This document shows, piece after piece, positions 36,424 to 49,916 of a stretch of 64,000 bases of DNA. Both the position numbers and the translations under genes were made by a program. The stretch is from positions 514,921 through 578,920 of the forward strand of contig NW_027192196.1 in assembly GCF_041956535.1 (NCBI RefSeq). Reading direction: 5' to 3'. Source of the stretch: Calcarisporiella thermophila CBS 279.70. Its lineage: Eukaryota; Fungi; Calcarisporiellomycota. A model generated the notes under the pieces. The model was not told the DNA's origin, ran no database searches, and worked only from the letters and a program-made list of their open reading frames with translations. Numbering within the stretch: position 1 is the first letter of the stretch; each line of letters starts with the position of its first letter.

Positions 36424-38134
36424 TCAACTATTTTGTTTAGACCCATTTGTGACTGCAACCATCACAAACCCAATAAACACCAGACATGCTCCCGTAAAGT
36501 AGCTAAGATCAAGGGGGACTTCTTTGTACATGATATCACCGAACAAAGCAACGGGAATCTAGTAAAATAAAGAGTGGAAAAAAACAACCATCAATCATCT
36601 CCCAATCATTCAATAGCATTGTTATTACGAGCTCTTACCGTCAAGGAGAGGCCGAGAGTTGCAACTAGAGGAGAGGTCATGAGCATCGATACAACCCACA
36701 GATAGTCCGACCTAGGCGCAGATGCATTCAAATTAGTGATTTCTAAAAGCATCATGAAGGACAAAGTGGAAGAGATATTTACAAAAAGTTTCCGAGCACT
36801 GCATTCAACCCCAACATACACCACACATATCCAGACGACGGCAGTTCGAATTTTTCGATACCCGTCCAGTCCAAAATAAAGAAACAGGGCCAAAGCAACA
36901 GCACATTGAAGAGGCCGAGTAGTCCAAAAAAGAGCGGCATATGCACGCGGGACTCATCACCCATGCGCCGTTTGATAAGAACCATATAAGCCCCATACAA
37001 AAATGCGCCCGTGATGGAGAGAAAATCACCCAAAATAGGAGCAGCAGGCTGTTGGGGACCGGTAGTCGTGGAAGAATTCAAAGGCTTGGGATCACTCATG
37101 GACAATGAAATCAGCATAACTCCAAGAATACTAACGGGGTTTGTAAAAAAAAAATTAATAGGAATATATGCAGTATACGTCAATGGCTGATCATTTTTTT
37201 AACGAAACAAAAGTAGAGAGGTTGCTCTCTCGGATGAATACCTTGCACAAACAGCGGAGGAATTTGCCAGCGTGAATCGCTCAATTCCAAACATGACCCC
37301 GAGTACCAGCGTGAAGAGGGAAGACAGCGAGGAGATGATCGTGGTAGAGGCAACATTGGTGTAAGCCAGGCTAGCATTGATAGCATAATTGGCAGAGAAC
37401 CAAAGTGTGCAAAACAGCAAGCTTAGTCGCGCGGTCTATTTCAATCAGATAGACGGTCAGTCGGATGGTTAATGGAGTGGGGACCCATGACAATGAACTT
37501 GCCTCACTGAAGGAGAGCTTCGCTTGGTCTCCCTCGTTTTGAAGCAGCGGGTAAACATCAGGAGCCGATTGGTATAAGTATCGCCTCTCTGTGTGATGGT
37601 AGGCAAAGGGAAAACTCTCCATGGAAGACTGGTAGCTTGGCTGAATAACCTGGAATGAAAAGAATACATCGTTAGCTTATCTACTGTTGATTGCAGAATC
37701 CAATCTATCATCTCACAGTTGAATACGAACATGTACGAGAATACCCCCCATATCTACCAAAGCAAGAACACATGATGAGCCCTCCTAATGCACTAATCCA
37801 AAAGCCTCAGTACCTGAGCCTTCTGTTCCAAATCCCCTTCACGGCCTCCATCGCCAAATATATCGTAAACGAAGAGGTAGCCACATAGGTGGTCAAGAAA
37901 GGCTTATTATAGTCTCCAGAGGCCACATTCTAACCGCACACTTTCTTAACTTGATCATGCGCAATGGAAAGGCAAAAAGCAGAGGGAGCTTACACTGACG
38001 ATGAAGCTTGAGCTAACCCACAAGACGACCACAAAAGCCAAAATCACGAGCCCCCCTAGATATCGCCTGGAGAGATGGGATGGTGGTAGAGTTGGACTGC
38101 ATGGTTGCCAAGGAATAGCGATGTCTTGGGACAT
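36424..38134 (-). CDS. EamA/DMT transporter, SLC35F5/Thi74-like
   Basis: VVVLWVSSSF, YNKPFLTTY, FCTLWFSANYAINASLAYTNVASTTIISSLSS, GDFLSITGAFLYGAY, SDYLW...TSPLVATLGLSLTIP. Confidence 0.9.
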
Positions 38135-38775
38135 ACAATGGGCTGCTGCTGTGGATTATGGGATGTGGCTTCGGGTGAATGTATGTCTATGTGTGTATGT
38201 ATATAGGGGTGGGCTCGAAGTAAGTGGAGAGGGGGGAATGGTGCGAGAGACAAAAAGTTGACCTGAAAAATGACCAAGGAATCTAATCAAGCATTTAAAT
38301 TGATTTTACACGAGACAAATAGCTCACATCTCGATCCGCATTAATTTTGCGGCAATTTTTTTTTTTTATTTTCTCATTAAACTATCGAGCTAGAAACTAT
38401 GCCAAATAGCTCCATCATTTCGGTTTGTCAGATAGATCTAGTTGAGTGCTTTTCTCGAACCCTGATGTGTTTACTTTGTTTGTCCTCAGCCTCGTGCGCG
38501 AAAATCGCTATCAAATTTCCTACGTTTCATTTGAGGGAAAAAAAATCCTTCCCCAGACTCTCGATCGAGGCCAAAAAATAAAACGAACAAAAATGAGAAT
38601 AATAAACAAAGTTCCCTAATAATTATATTACAGAATACAATAAAAAATCCCAAGAGAGAACAAGAGGTTGGGGGGAGGGGCGGAAGAAGTCAGCGCAAAA
38701 AAAAACATATGAAAAGACAAGAGGGAAACAAAAAGAGAGAGAGAAACGCAGGGATTTCAACACTAGTTGCCATAA

Positions 38776-39482
38776 TCATACTACCCAAAAATCCACTAAA
38801 TCAGCCCCCTCGTCCTCGTCCGTCGCCACCGCAGCCGGCGGGCAACTTCGTCGATACAGCGGGTGCTGCTTCACCAAATTCACATAGTACTGCTGTAATA
38901 GCCTTCCGGGGCAGCTTAGTCTCCAGTCGATGAGCGTGACAAATTCCAGCTCCAGCGTGTTCAGCTCGCCCATGGATATCCCGCCAACTCGCGCGTAGTG
39001 TGTGTTCGTACAGTACGAGTCACACAGAGCCTTTGCCCCCACCGTTGCGGCGGTTATTAGGAATCGATGGACAGTGAGGGAGGAGATGGTGAAGCTTTTG
39101 TTTCGCTCGCAGATGCGGTCGATGTAGACGAGTAAGAGCAGAAGACATGCACGCTCGATGGATGTGTATTTGACAATGCGGCGGAGATAATCATATACAG
39201 AAATGGAAGGAGGAGCTCGCGAGTGAAACCGAGTGAGCATCGCAGGAGTTAGGGGAATTTGATCATTATGGGAGGTTAGTCTTCCCAGCATGTCGGCTAC
39301 ACATACATCAGGCCGTCAGAGGAAGGGTTAGGAGGAGATGGAGAGGCCACAAGAAAATTGCTCCACTTACAGATCATGTGGGTTAAGTAATTAATATCAC
39401 ACTCATGAAAGTATTCAGGCACCTCGATAATCGCCGCCGCCGCCGCCGTATTAGATATTGAATTTGAACTCTCCTCTGCCAT
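38776..39482 (-). CDS. Pho80/Pcl-family cyclin
   Basis: LTRFHSRAPPSISVYDYLRRI, VYIDR, TVHRFLI, NTHYARVGGI..ELNTLELEF. One intron. Confidence 0.93.
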
Positions 39483-41410
39483 GAATGTTATGGGATCTAA
39501 CCAACATGTAGGAACAGTACAAAACTAGAAGGTATTGAAGGGAAATGAATTCTATAAACGGGAGAGAAGCGGATAACAAAACGGAGAAAAAGGTTCCAGA
39601 GAGGGGATCGATGCCCCACACAGCCCCACTAGTTACTTGACGGTTCTTCTTCGCAACACAAGGATTTAGAGCGTATAAATAACATCCACTATGAAGTAAT
39701 TCTACACGCGCTTGACGATCAAGTAGGAAAGGAGTAAAAAAAAGGATTGAGCGAGTTGACGGCACACGACTACCGCAATGCACCAATGAAAGAGAGCCAC
39801 TGTGACTAGCATTTTTCGTTCAAAGCACTTGTAAATATGGGCCTGAGCCGATGACTCGGTAACGCATCCTTGTGGAGACGGCGAACCACAGGCGCCCCAT
39901 TGATCGGAGAAGAGCGATGGATCCATCATACAAAACAAACAACGAGCGCTCAGTTCTACAAACGAGAAAGTGCAATTTTTGTCTGACACTAAATTCCAAT
40001 ATCCTGTTGAATTCCCGCCAGAGGCGTGAATCACACATCTGGCTGAAGGGCGCCTCTTTCGCCCCTCAACAACGCCTCCAATTTCACCAAATGGCTTGTT
40101 CTTTCGAGTTTGTGCTCGGAGACAGCTTGTTTATCGCCATGCAATGGAAATCTTTACAAAACCTAGATTGATGGTGGATTCGCGAATATTTCCAGGGCGG
40201 AATACTTTTACCGCTAAGCTTGGCTTATGTCTTCTCTCCTCTCTAAGTTCGGAAACCTAGTTGTGGTGGTAGATTTGGTTCTAACTCAGCCAAGGGCTCT
40301 TCCAATTACGACGTCACTAAGCAACGCTCATGATCGCTCAAACACCTAATCTCGGTATTGTTTGCCAGAGCTTCAGAGCTAGATGCCAGGGATGTCAATT
40401 GCGTCGAACCCTATCCATTCTCCAACATGTTAATTGCATCGTCTGTGCACAGGGCCCCATACCGAAAATAGGCTCCCAGAAACTTCACCGCGGCCTGAAC
40501 GACAGACTGTCAGCCCACCGATGCATTCCTCAAGTATGTGAAGCAGCAGTCATGTAGAAACTTAAGCCCGTGCTGTGGCTTTGATTGACCATTTCCGCCC
40601 TGGAGCCACGAGGGCTTGAAGCAACAAAATAGGCTCGCCACGCCCAGCGGCCATGTCATCCGTAGGAAACATACCCCGTTTCATACTGAATATGAACCGC
40701 TTTCAACGAGCTCTCTCCTGATCTCTCATGGCTTGCTATGCCTGACGGTGGGGGGGGGAGAGAGAGGATGGTTTATCTACATATATACATGTATAGATGT
40801 TATTATTTATCAAACTGCATAGACCCTGTTGCTTGAGGATTTTGATCGATTGTCACACCATTTGCTAGAGAATCGATGTGCTCACGACTCTCACCTATTT
40901 TTAGTTCAATACGAGCTAAGGAATTGGCGGAGTGAGGTGGGTGAGTATAACGCACACCTTTCACTCTTAGCGCTAGCTCCTGCATTACACAGGGAGATGC
41001 CAAGAACTTACAGGCGGCTCCGTGATTCTCTCCTAGAATGTCCCTATGTTCCTGACGCATCGATATTTTGACATAATCTTATAGTAGAGCTGATGATGGC
41101 AGGTTTAAAAAAGGCCCTTTCCACTTGGGTGGTTCTGTCTTTCTATCCATCTGGCCGTTCGTTGATTTATATGTGCATGCACGTGCGTATAGTTTTGCAC
41201 GAGAATGGAACGCTTATCCTAATTCATAAATACTTTCTCTTGGATATCAACGCCCACTTGGAAAATCCCCGCAACCCCGCAGGACATTTTGTGGCTTGAC
41301 TCTTTATAAAATTATGTTATGAAATTGGCGTGACAGCGGGGAAGAGCTGCAGTCTCTCCGTTCAATATTGATTATAAAGCACTCCTGTTCAGCCCAATTG
41401 CCTCTACGAG

Positions 41411-43029
41411 ATGAACAGCGGATTCGTGGCCGTTGCCCTTTCAGCTGTCCAGGTTGGGGCCTTGTTTTTTCACCCTTGTTCCCACTCTTCGAAATTTTCA
41501 TGAGTCAATTCTTCCTGAGTTAACTAACGACGAGAATGAACTGTCATTACCTTTATAGTCAACTGCACAGGTGCTGTTCATTTGTAGCGTCGGATATTTG
41601 CTTGCTCAACGGTTCGAGGTGTTTCGCTATGGGGCTGCTCGAAAGGTAATGGCAAAGAATGAATGAGCATCTTTTGCTTATTCATATTGATGTTCTCGTT
41701 ACCAGGGTCTTCAAGTGCTCCTCATCAACTGCTTAATCCCCTGCTTGCTCTTCTCGAAAGTTGGAAAGTCTGTACTCTAGCAATATATGCTGTTTAAATC
41801 GGCCAACTCATTGGTCTCGTCTCCAATTTAGAGCGGTGGACCTTCAAAAACTACTGGAATGGTGGCCACTTCCGGTATTTTTCTTCATCTACTTCGTGCT
41901 GAGCGCACTCCTCGGCTGGATAGGATCTTGGCTCTTCGGATGGAAGGGCTCGCTACGGAAGTTCGTGTGTGCATCTATCATAGTAATATCCCCTTCGCTT
42001 TATCCAAGATTCGTCGTCGTGTCGACTCATTTTTTCCATTTTTAAGTTCCAAAATACCACCAGCTTACCACTCGCCCTGGTTCAGTCTCTGGGCGATACA
42101 CCGGCCATTCGCTATTTGATGAAGCGAGAGGATGACGAACCACAAGAAGCAGTGTCTCGAGGGATAGCGTTCATCTTGTTCTGCACCCTTTTTGCGCACT
42201 TGACAAGGCGAGCAGAACCAGTTTATTAGAGTGGGATCCAAATGGCTGACCCCTCCTGCTTGAATATTAGGTGGAGTGTGGGAACATGGATGCTTGCTCC
42301 GCCGAGTGATGACGGCAAACTTCCTATCTCAGTGGATGCCAGCGATCACCACCATAGTCAGGGCGGCTCAGATGAACATACGCCTCTTCTTCCCGCGGTA
42401 AACCCACGCAGCGGCCCATGCGGGTTGATTTGGCGTATCTGGGCGGGATTCGTCAATCTTATGAACCCCCCGCTGGTCGCTGCCCTTGTGGCTATTATCG
42501 TCGGAATAACCCCGCTCAGACATCACTTTTTCGATCCCTCCGGCGTGTTTCGACACAACCTCGTCGCTGCTATCGAAACTTGTGGAGCAGCCTCCGTTCC
42601 ACTCGTGATGATAACCCTTGGCATTCAAGTAACTCTTAACATACCCGCTTGATGAAGGACGAAAACTGATACAATACTTGTTTTTTTATTCCTCCCCATA
42701 CTCAACAGCTTTATCACCTTCCACGAAGCGAAAACTGCACCAAATCCATCCTGAGCTGGGTGATTTGCTCCCGTTTCCTCCTTCTCCCCCTCATCTCCAC
42801 CGCTATGGTTCTTGGCCTCCGCCACTGGATCTCCACCGACCCCATGATGCTCTTTGTGCTGTTGCTGATGGGCAGCGGTCCCACGGCCATCAACATGATC
42901 AACATGTCGCAGTTGGTGGGCGCACACGAGGGCGAGACTGCCACCATGCTCTTTTATTCCTACCTAATGGTTGTACCCCTGACGACGATGTTTGTTGCTT
43001 GTATTTTAATGCTATTTGAGCATCTTTAG
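41411..43029 (+). CDS. Auxin-efflux-carrier-like (PILS/Mem_trans) transporter
   Basis: Multi-exon. IPCLLFSKVG, NTTSLPLALVQSL, MNPPLVAALVAIIVG, CGAASVPLVMITLG, GPTAINM. Confidence 0.85.
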
Positions 43030-43170
43030 TGGGAGGATGACTTGAATGGGCTATTTACTACAATGTTTATGTCTCCACACATGCAAACTCTCTCCTCGCT
43101 TAATTGTGAGGGAGTTTTTATTAAATAAAATGATAGACGTCTAGACGCGGCCGCCGCTCCCACTTCCTCT

Positions 43171-43652
43171 TTACAATTTCGAAGGGAGCAGTGCATCCCC
43201 ATCCCTTAACACACAGGGTCCTCCATAGATGACTTTCATTTTTTGCTCGCGTGCAAATCGCACGCATTGCTCATCTTCGCTTCCGGGCTGGAGCCACACA
43301 TAGGGAATGCCCAGTTGGTTAGCCTCTTGGAGGAGCTGAAGGGTCACTTTGGGCGGAGTGACAACCGAAAGGGAGGTGTGAGCAGCATCGGGGAGGTGAG
43401 AGAGAGCCGGAACGCATGAGATGGATTCAATGGTGGCCGATGTCTAGATTATGTATAATGTGAGAAGCGCCGATCATTCGCAACGAATGCCTTTAAGAAT
43501 CTTACTGGATTGATCGGGGTGACGGGCAATTTCCGCTCAATGTACCATCGCATGAGCTTGTTCCCGAATTTGTGCGGGGCAGAACTTGCGCCTGCAACCG
43601 CGAATCGTGCTGAAGTAAAGAATTCGCGCATCAAAGGTTCGAAACTCGCCAT
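43171..43652 (-). CDS. CoA-binding domain protein (YccU-like)
   Basis: FAVAGASSAPHKFGNK, PINP, VVTPP, VWLQPGSE, GPCVL. One intron. Confidence 0.9.
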
Positions 43653-43992
43653 TGTGTTTGTTCACCGGATGAGTAAGAAATTTTCTCTGGTGGCAATTTA
43701 TGAATAAATCGGGTCCGCTCATCCACTACGGGCTCCCAACTCTATTGAATAGCATCATAGGAACAAACAACAATGTCAAGAGTGAATAAGAAAAGAACAG
43801 ACAAGGGTAACAAGAAGTCCTCAAAGCCAGCAATAATATTCGATACACAGTGGAAACAAGCCGAGCAAAAGCAAACAACATGAACTAAAAGAAGAAAGAA
43901 CCAGGACGGAGGAGAATGGCAAGAAATAGGATATGGTTACCAACTTAAATAAGGAGGCCATTGTAGAGGGAGAAGGGGAGGATACGGTTCTC

Positions 43993-45448
43993 TCAGCCCT
44001 CGCTAATCGTTAATGAACAGGAGGAGTTCGTCCTCGAGGGTTGGAGATTGGTTTTACACATGGGGCAGAATGGAGAAGAGTAGAGCCAAGGGTCTACGCA
44101 GTATCTATTCATGGGGGGGAGAGTTAGTTACTTCTGGAGGATGGGGTGAGCCACGTAAGATGTCTACAACCTGTGGAACTCATGTGCGCATGGAAGCAGC
44201 ACTCGAACTTCGTCACCCTGTTTATAGGCATCCAGACATATTGGGCAAACAAACTCCTCCGACGACCTTTTTCTAGTATTGGTTTCCAGCTGGAGCAGCT
44301 CCACTCCCGCGGAATCTTCAACGGCGCCATGCTCTGAGAGTTGCAGGGCACGCTCGGGCTTTCTTGGCAACACCACAGGTGAATACTCAGCCTGACTTTG
44401 GGGTTGGAGCTCGCTCCCTTCCTCCTTCTCGGGAAACCCCGACCCGCTTTCCTTCCACTTCCCTTTCTCCCCCTCCTCCTCTTTCTCCGTACAATGGCTT
44501 GTTACATCTCCTTCGCTGGGCATTGCAAACACTCGGACCGGGAAGGTGGCCAATACCAAAGGCGAGAGGCCGGGAAGTTTGGGCCCAAGCTCTGCCGGCG
44601 ACGGTTCGAAACCATAGTGATTAAGCTGTTGCCGTCGGCGTATTCGGCGAAGATACTCAAAAATCAGAATCAAGATGAAGAGGGCAGCGAGCCCCGCCAC
44701 ACAATACGCAAGGATGAAAACGCCATGCTGAGACGTCATACTGTTGGTTCTCATGTCTGGCGGCACCGCAGGAGGATTCGTGACACTTGTCGAGTTGGCG
44801 CTGCCGTCCACGGTGGCGTAGAGGGCACTGGCGTGGGTGGCATTATCAGGGCCGCTAAATATGGAGAGGATTTTGGAGAAAGTGCGCCCCGAGTACACAT
44901 TCGTGATGCCGAGCACGGGGAATTGGTTGGCGAGGGACTGCGGAATCCCGGACGGAAATGCACATCGATCAAGGCGGGTGGAGTAGAGAACAACTGACTT
45001 TGAGCTGCTCTGCCAGGCGGTGCGCACGTAGACATCATAGAGTGGGTCGTCACAGCCTATGGCGGCCACCCATGGATCATTCTGCGTGCTAGCATTGGAT
45101 TGTTTCCACCTAATCAGCATTCCCTAGTACCGAGATTGGGGTCAACCATGGAATGGCCGGCGTCTCCTAGGGCAAAAGGAACTCAAAAGAGGGATGGCCA
45201 TGACTTACCTCGACGTCCAGCGAGTTGACCCACACTGGATTCAAGAGAGTGAGATTCCAGTGAAGAGTGCCCGGATTTTCGGGCTTGCTGTGGTCGCTCA
45301 GTTTCTCCAATTCATCGCTCCACGTCTCAACGCTGACATTGAGAACACAGGAGGATTCCTGCAAGCGCCCCCGCGACACTACAGAGAGCAGGACGAGCAA
45401 GAAGATCCAGCAAGAGGAGGGAGGGATAAGTAGGCGTGGTAGCTTCAT
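43993..45448 (-). CDS. Signal peptide / lumenal PA-like domain / TM / RING-H2 E3 ubiquitin ligase
   Basis: Hydrophobic N-terminus, TM segment VFILAYCVAGLAALFILILIF, spliced CPICLD...LPCAHEFHRYCVDPWL....CPMCK. Confidence 0.88.
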
Positions 45449-46944
45449 GGCCTCCTTTATCTCGCCATAAAACGGATCGTAGAAAATGGTAGCGCAGAAT
45501 GGGAAAATGTCTGTTACGTCAAGAGCCTTTGTAAGACTGCAAGTGTGAACACACGAAAATTGCCTCCATATTTTTTTTCTACCGAAAGAGGCGAAGTTCC
45601 CGTACCAGGTTGCACTGACATGATTCAAACAAAGGTTTCTCTTTCCACGATCAAAAACCTTGGATCCTCCTTCACAGCTATCCCTTCCCCCCTTTGCCCG
45701 ACGGCCTTCCCTTGCCTTCGAGGTTTCTCCCGCCCTGCTCCCCCTTCGGCCTAGTTGTTTTCCTGCTCTCTTTCTGCTGTGTTCTCGTCCCGACCATGGA
45801 AAATACCACGAATCAGCCGTGGGGCTTCCCGAATCTTTCATGCACCTCTAGCAACAATAATGGACGAGTATAGACAATGGGCGGTGATACTACGCTTGTG
45901 TTTGTTTCTACATCGGAGACACATACGATGATTCACCAGCCGACCGCAGATTCGGCGGTATTTGGTGCCTCATGAACTTCAGAGCAGGGTAAGCGGGCCG
46001 GCCTGCGCTCTCCTACCAGCTTCTCTTGGGGAGCGACATCAAGAACGATGGAATGCCCTTCACCCTCGAGGAAACAATCCAATAAAGTGGACTCGGGTGG
46101 AAGGGTCGTGTGAGCAAGATGCAGGCAACTAGGTCGCAAAAAGGCTAGGCCGGCCTTTGGGTGTAAATTAAAGATGAACAAGGTGCAGAAGGGCTTCATG
46201 CAGAGGAAATCCTCTCTCCAGCAGCTCATTAGCCCTGAATCATATTCATCTTGGCGTGGGCCAGAAATGACCTCAAGGCTAAGTGTCGGAGGCTGTTCCT
46301 TCCGACTAAACCTTTCCGGGCTGATTCGCCTTTTGTGCACCAACAGCCTAGAAATCCATAGGCAGCCCATTCCCCTACCCAACTCTTTCTGTCCGATTCT
46401 GGCCTTCATTCTTCGAAAATCGTCCATGTTTTGGTAATGTCTTATTGCGGATAACTCTTCCCCAATATTCAAGTTGTTGCTTTCCCGTTCAAATACGAAA
46501 ATAGCCTACCCCTATTTCTGGCTGTAGATTTCAGCTAGACGCAAAATGTATTCGGTCATATTTTCACTCTTCTGACCGTAGACTGCAGCCAAACGCAAAA
46601 TTTATTTCACAAGATTGACACTACAAAAGATAAATCTCCAGAAGTTGGCTTGGTTCGATCCCAAGTTAGTGTAGCAAGGGGGTTTGTAGTTGGAGAGGAA
46701 GATTTAACTCCCTATGATTTATTACAATCTCTTATGTACGTATAAATTATTTCATATAAAAGGTGACGTAGCTACATGGGCACAGAGATTAAGAAGATCT
46801 GATACTAACATATGTAACAATTAGAATATTTTGACAGCGGAGCCTAAAATTGGGCCATCTATTTGAAAAATTGGGCCTCTGATCATTGCCATCCTCCCCG
46901 AATTTTCGACCCAAGTTTACTTGTAGTACTTCTTACGGGGAGTA

Positions 46945-48331
46945 TTAACGACCGGACAGCTGCAAAGTATGAGAATCAAATCGCTCACCGCTTATCTCAG
47001 CAGATTCTATGTACTTATCTCATTCAGTTCGGGGCGGTTTAATTTCACATTCACTGCACCCTACAATTAATAACGCGTTTAAAGAAAGCCAATGGCTGCA
47101 TAGTCAACCAATACAGTTATTTACCGAATTCTCTTCTAAACGAGCAATACGACGTGTTCCTGGAATAGGGATGATGAGATTGTCCTATATAAAGTTGAGG
47201 TTGATGAGGGGTGTTGAAAGTAAATCCGGCAAACCAAGATATACTTGAGCTAAAGCCCACGCGATGCAGAGCCGGGCAGGTGTACAGTTCTTCTTGTTTG
47301 CCATCTCCTGTAATTTCTCTGCCAATTTCAAGTTGTTTTGGAAATTCTCTCCCTGAAACCATGGTTGGGTAAAACGGCGGTCATTCGGGTCGAGATCACT
47401 AGGGCTCTTTATCGCTCAAGTAAGGAAGCCTTGGCCGAGGGGAGAAAAGGTCACCACAGATACCCCAAGCTCGCGACATGTGTCCAGCATGCCATTTTTC
47501 TCGATAGCAATTGTCCACGGAGCTATTATTACACACGTAGCGTTACATACGATGAACCGCTTTATATCTGCTCTAGAAATTTCTTAAAATATTCCATTTG
47601 GACAGCATCAATCGAGTGCACTTTGTGCGCTCTTCGAAGAGTGTCGGGACTACACTCTGATAGGCCAAGATATCGTACTTTTCCTTCCTTCACAAGTTGT
47701 GCCATTGTGCCCACCGTCTCTTCAATCGGCCTAGGGTTTAGAAGAATTTAGCAAGGGCAATAAATTAAATCGCAAAATAAGAAAACTCGGGCCCTAATGC
47801 TACATACACGCTTGGATCTACCCGATGGAGATAATACAAATCGATATAATCCGTCCCCAATCTTTCTAATGATTCCTGGCAGGCCTTTCTAACGGTCTCC
47901 GGCTTGCTGCACACACCCAGCTGCTGCTTTTGAATATCGAAGATTAATCCAAATTTAGTGCATAGAAACACCTCATTGCGGCGTTGTTTGAGGACTTGTG
48001 ATACAAGCCCTTCATTGTGGCCCATGCCATAAACATCCGAAATGGCAACCAACAAAAGAGTTAAAGAAGTTCCTCTATATGGATTTCGGTGAACCCACTT
48101 GCAGTATCCCAAAAAATTGATTCCCAAATCAAGGGCCCGATGGAGAGTTTTCACACTTTGTTCTTCGTCAACCTCTTTGCTATATACGAGAGACATCGTC
48201 ATACAACCAAGGCCTAATCAATACAAAATAAATTAAGAAGGCGCATGTGTTTAGAGTCCAATACACTACTTCTTACCAATAGCTGACATTTTCTCATTGG
48301 TATTACCAAGTGTACGTTTCTCGGAAATCAT
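46945..48331 (-). pseudogene. Aldo-keto reductase (YakC/pyridoxal-reductase-like) pseudogene
   Basis: AKR motifs ([49 protein letters not shown]). Lesions: in-frame TGA at 47416-47418, GT>TT donor at 47587, missing intron-2 acceptor and frameshifts. Confidence 0.85.
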
Positions 48332-48835
48332 TTTTCAGTTTGTTTTTTGAAGCTCAATTTGATGCCTATGGGTAATAGAGTGGTCGTAGTCTGATTCGCA
48401 TGAAGAATCAAACCATCTCGATGACAGCGGGAGATCTATTTATTTATACTCGAGGAAGAATTGCTTGCAGTGAAATACTCAGGTATTAGCCAGGGTTCAT
48501 ATAACAAATCCCGCAGGGTTCTCCAGACTAAACACCTTAGGATATTAAGCATTTTCAAGGATGGAGATCTAGATAAATCAAGATTTATTCCCACAAACGT
48601 ATCATTCAAAGAGAGCTGCGTGCTGAAAGGATTAAATAGACTGGAAGCCATAGAGATATCGCGTTTTATATTATTCAGCTTTATGTTTCGTAAATAAAAC
48701 ATATCTGTCGTTGACATGACATAATGGACTCTCTGCACTTTTTATGTCTCTCGGTTAGACTGTAGGGTGACAGGCCTTGGGGGCGCATGTTAGCTAGACC
48801 TTGTCCTCGACATTATCCAAGACCCTATTTCCCTA

Positions 48836-49582
48836 CACTCGACTAAAAAATTGATCATGTTTTGTATTTTTATTTTTATTTTTTTCGTCTTATATCTCCA
48901 AAATGAGGTACAAGTTACGTTACGTACAGCAACTATAAATACCTTTGCTAGATCATCCCATCTATATGCCCTTGTAAATAACCTTTTTTCTTGGAAATTA
49001 TCCATCTAACTTCGACAACCCCTATAAAAAGCCATATTTTTTTTTATAAAAATATTTCAATATCTTGTATTATCATCCTTTGCCTTCATCACTGCCTCTA
49101 TATGTCGTGGCATAGTCCCTATAATTTTAGCACACACTATTGGTTCTATCTTCTCCCACTCTTCCTGCAGAATACCCCAAAGTGACTGGGCATTAATCGG
49201 CTGCTGCTCATGATCTTCGAACCTGTCTAACTTCTGTCTAACTCATCACACGTGAACTCAATAGGATTTAAATCAGGAGATTGAGCTGGCCATTTTAGTA
49301 TGGTAATATCGTGGTTTGCTAGCCATTCCGCTGTACTACGCGTGGTATGTTTAGGATCGTTATGGTGGAAAATGATTTGATCCTTTTGTCTAGATCATAC
49401 CAATCGAGTGTTCTCAATAATGCATCTCCTAAAATATTCTGGTACAGTTGTGCATAGTAATTTATTTACAGCAAGGGTAGAGTTATCTTCGTTGTGTATC
49501 GCCAATTGATATTTTTTGAGTAAAGATTATGAGAATTAATAGTCAAGTATATACCATCGTGGGCTTAATTTTTAGTCGAGTG
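48836..49582 (-). mobile_element. Internally deleted Tc1/mariner DNA transposon (non-autonomous relic)
   Basis: TIRs CACTCGACTAAAAA (48836-48849) and TTTTTAGTCGAGTG (49569-49582), each flanked by TA. Frameshifted transposase C-terminus NDPKHT...WPAQSPDLNPIE...MPRHIEAVMKAKDDNTRY* at about 49057-49457. Confidence 0.9.
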
Positions 49583-49916
49583 TAAATGGTGCAAAATTTG
49601 GGCCCGAGAGAGCTAGAAAAACGAGTTTGGTTGAAAATCAATCAGTACTTTCGTAGTAAGTTCAAGAATAGCTTTATAAGTGTATCCTTTAGTGCTCTCT
49701 GCGATGTCAATGTTTTCTTTCATGAACTCAAACTCTCCTGCCGGCGTGGTCTAAGAGCTTTCCCAGTTTCAGCGGAGCTCCAAATTGGGTCACGAAATAT
49801 CGGCCTGTTGATTTTGTATCTTGATACTCCACAGAGTATTCCATAATCACCCTCCCCCCCCGCTCTTTTGGCCGGCTTTCTGCACTTCCTTTTCCAGAGA
49901 GCTCTCCTATACCATA

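Noticed and set aside
39900-41300. Fragmentary ORFs and intron-like signals between the cyclin and PILS genes
   Set aside because: No coherent reading frame could be assembled and no family recognised.
47416-47418. In-frame TGA in the AKR gene as possible selenocysteine or readthrough
   Set aside because: It occupies a conserved Gly position and co-occurs with broken splice sites and frameshifts, so pseudogenisation is the simpler explanation.
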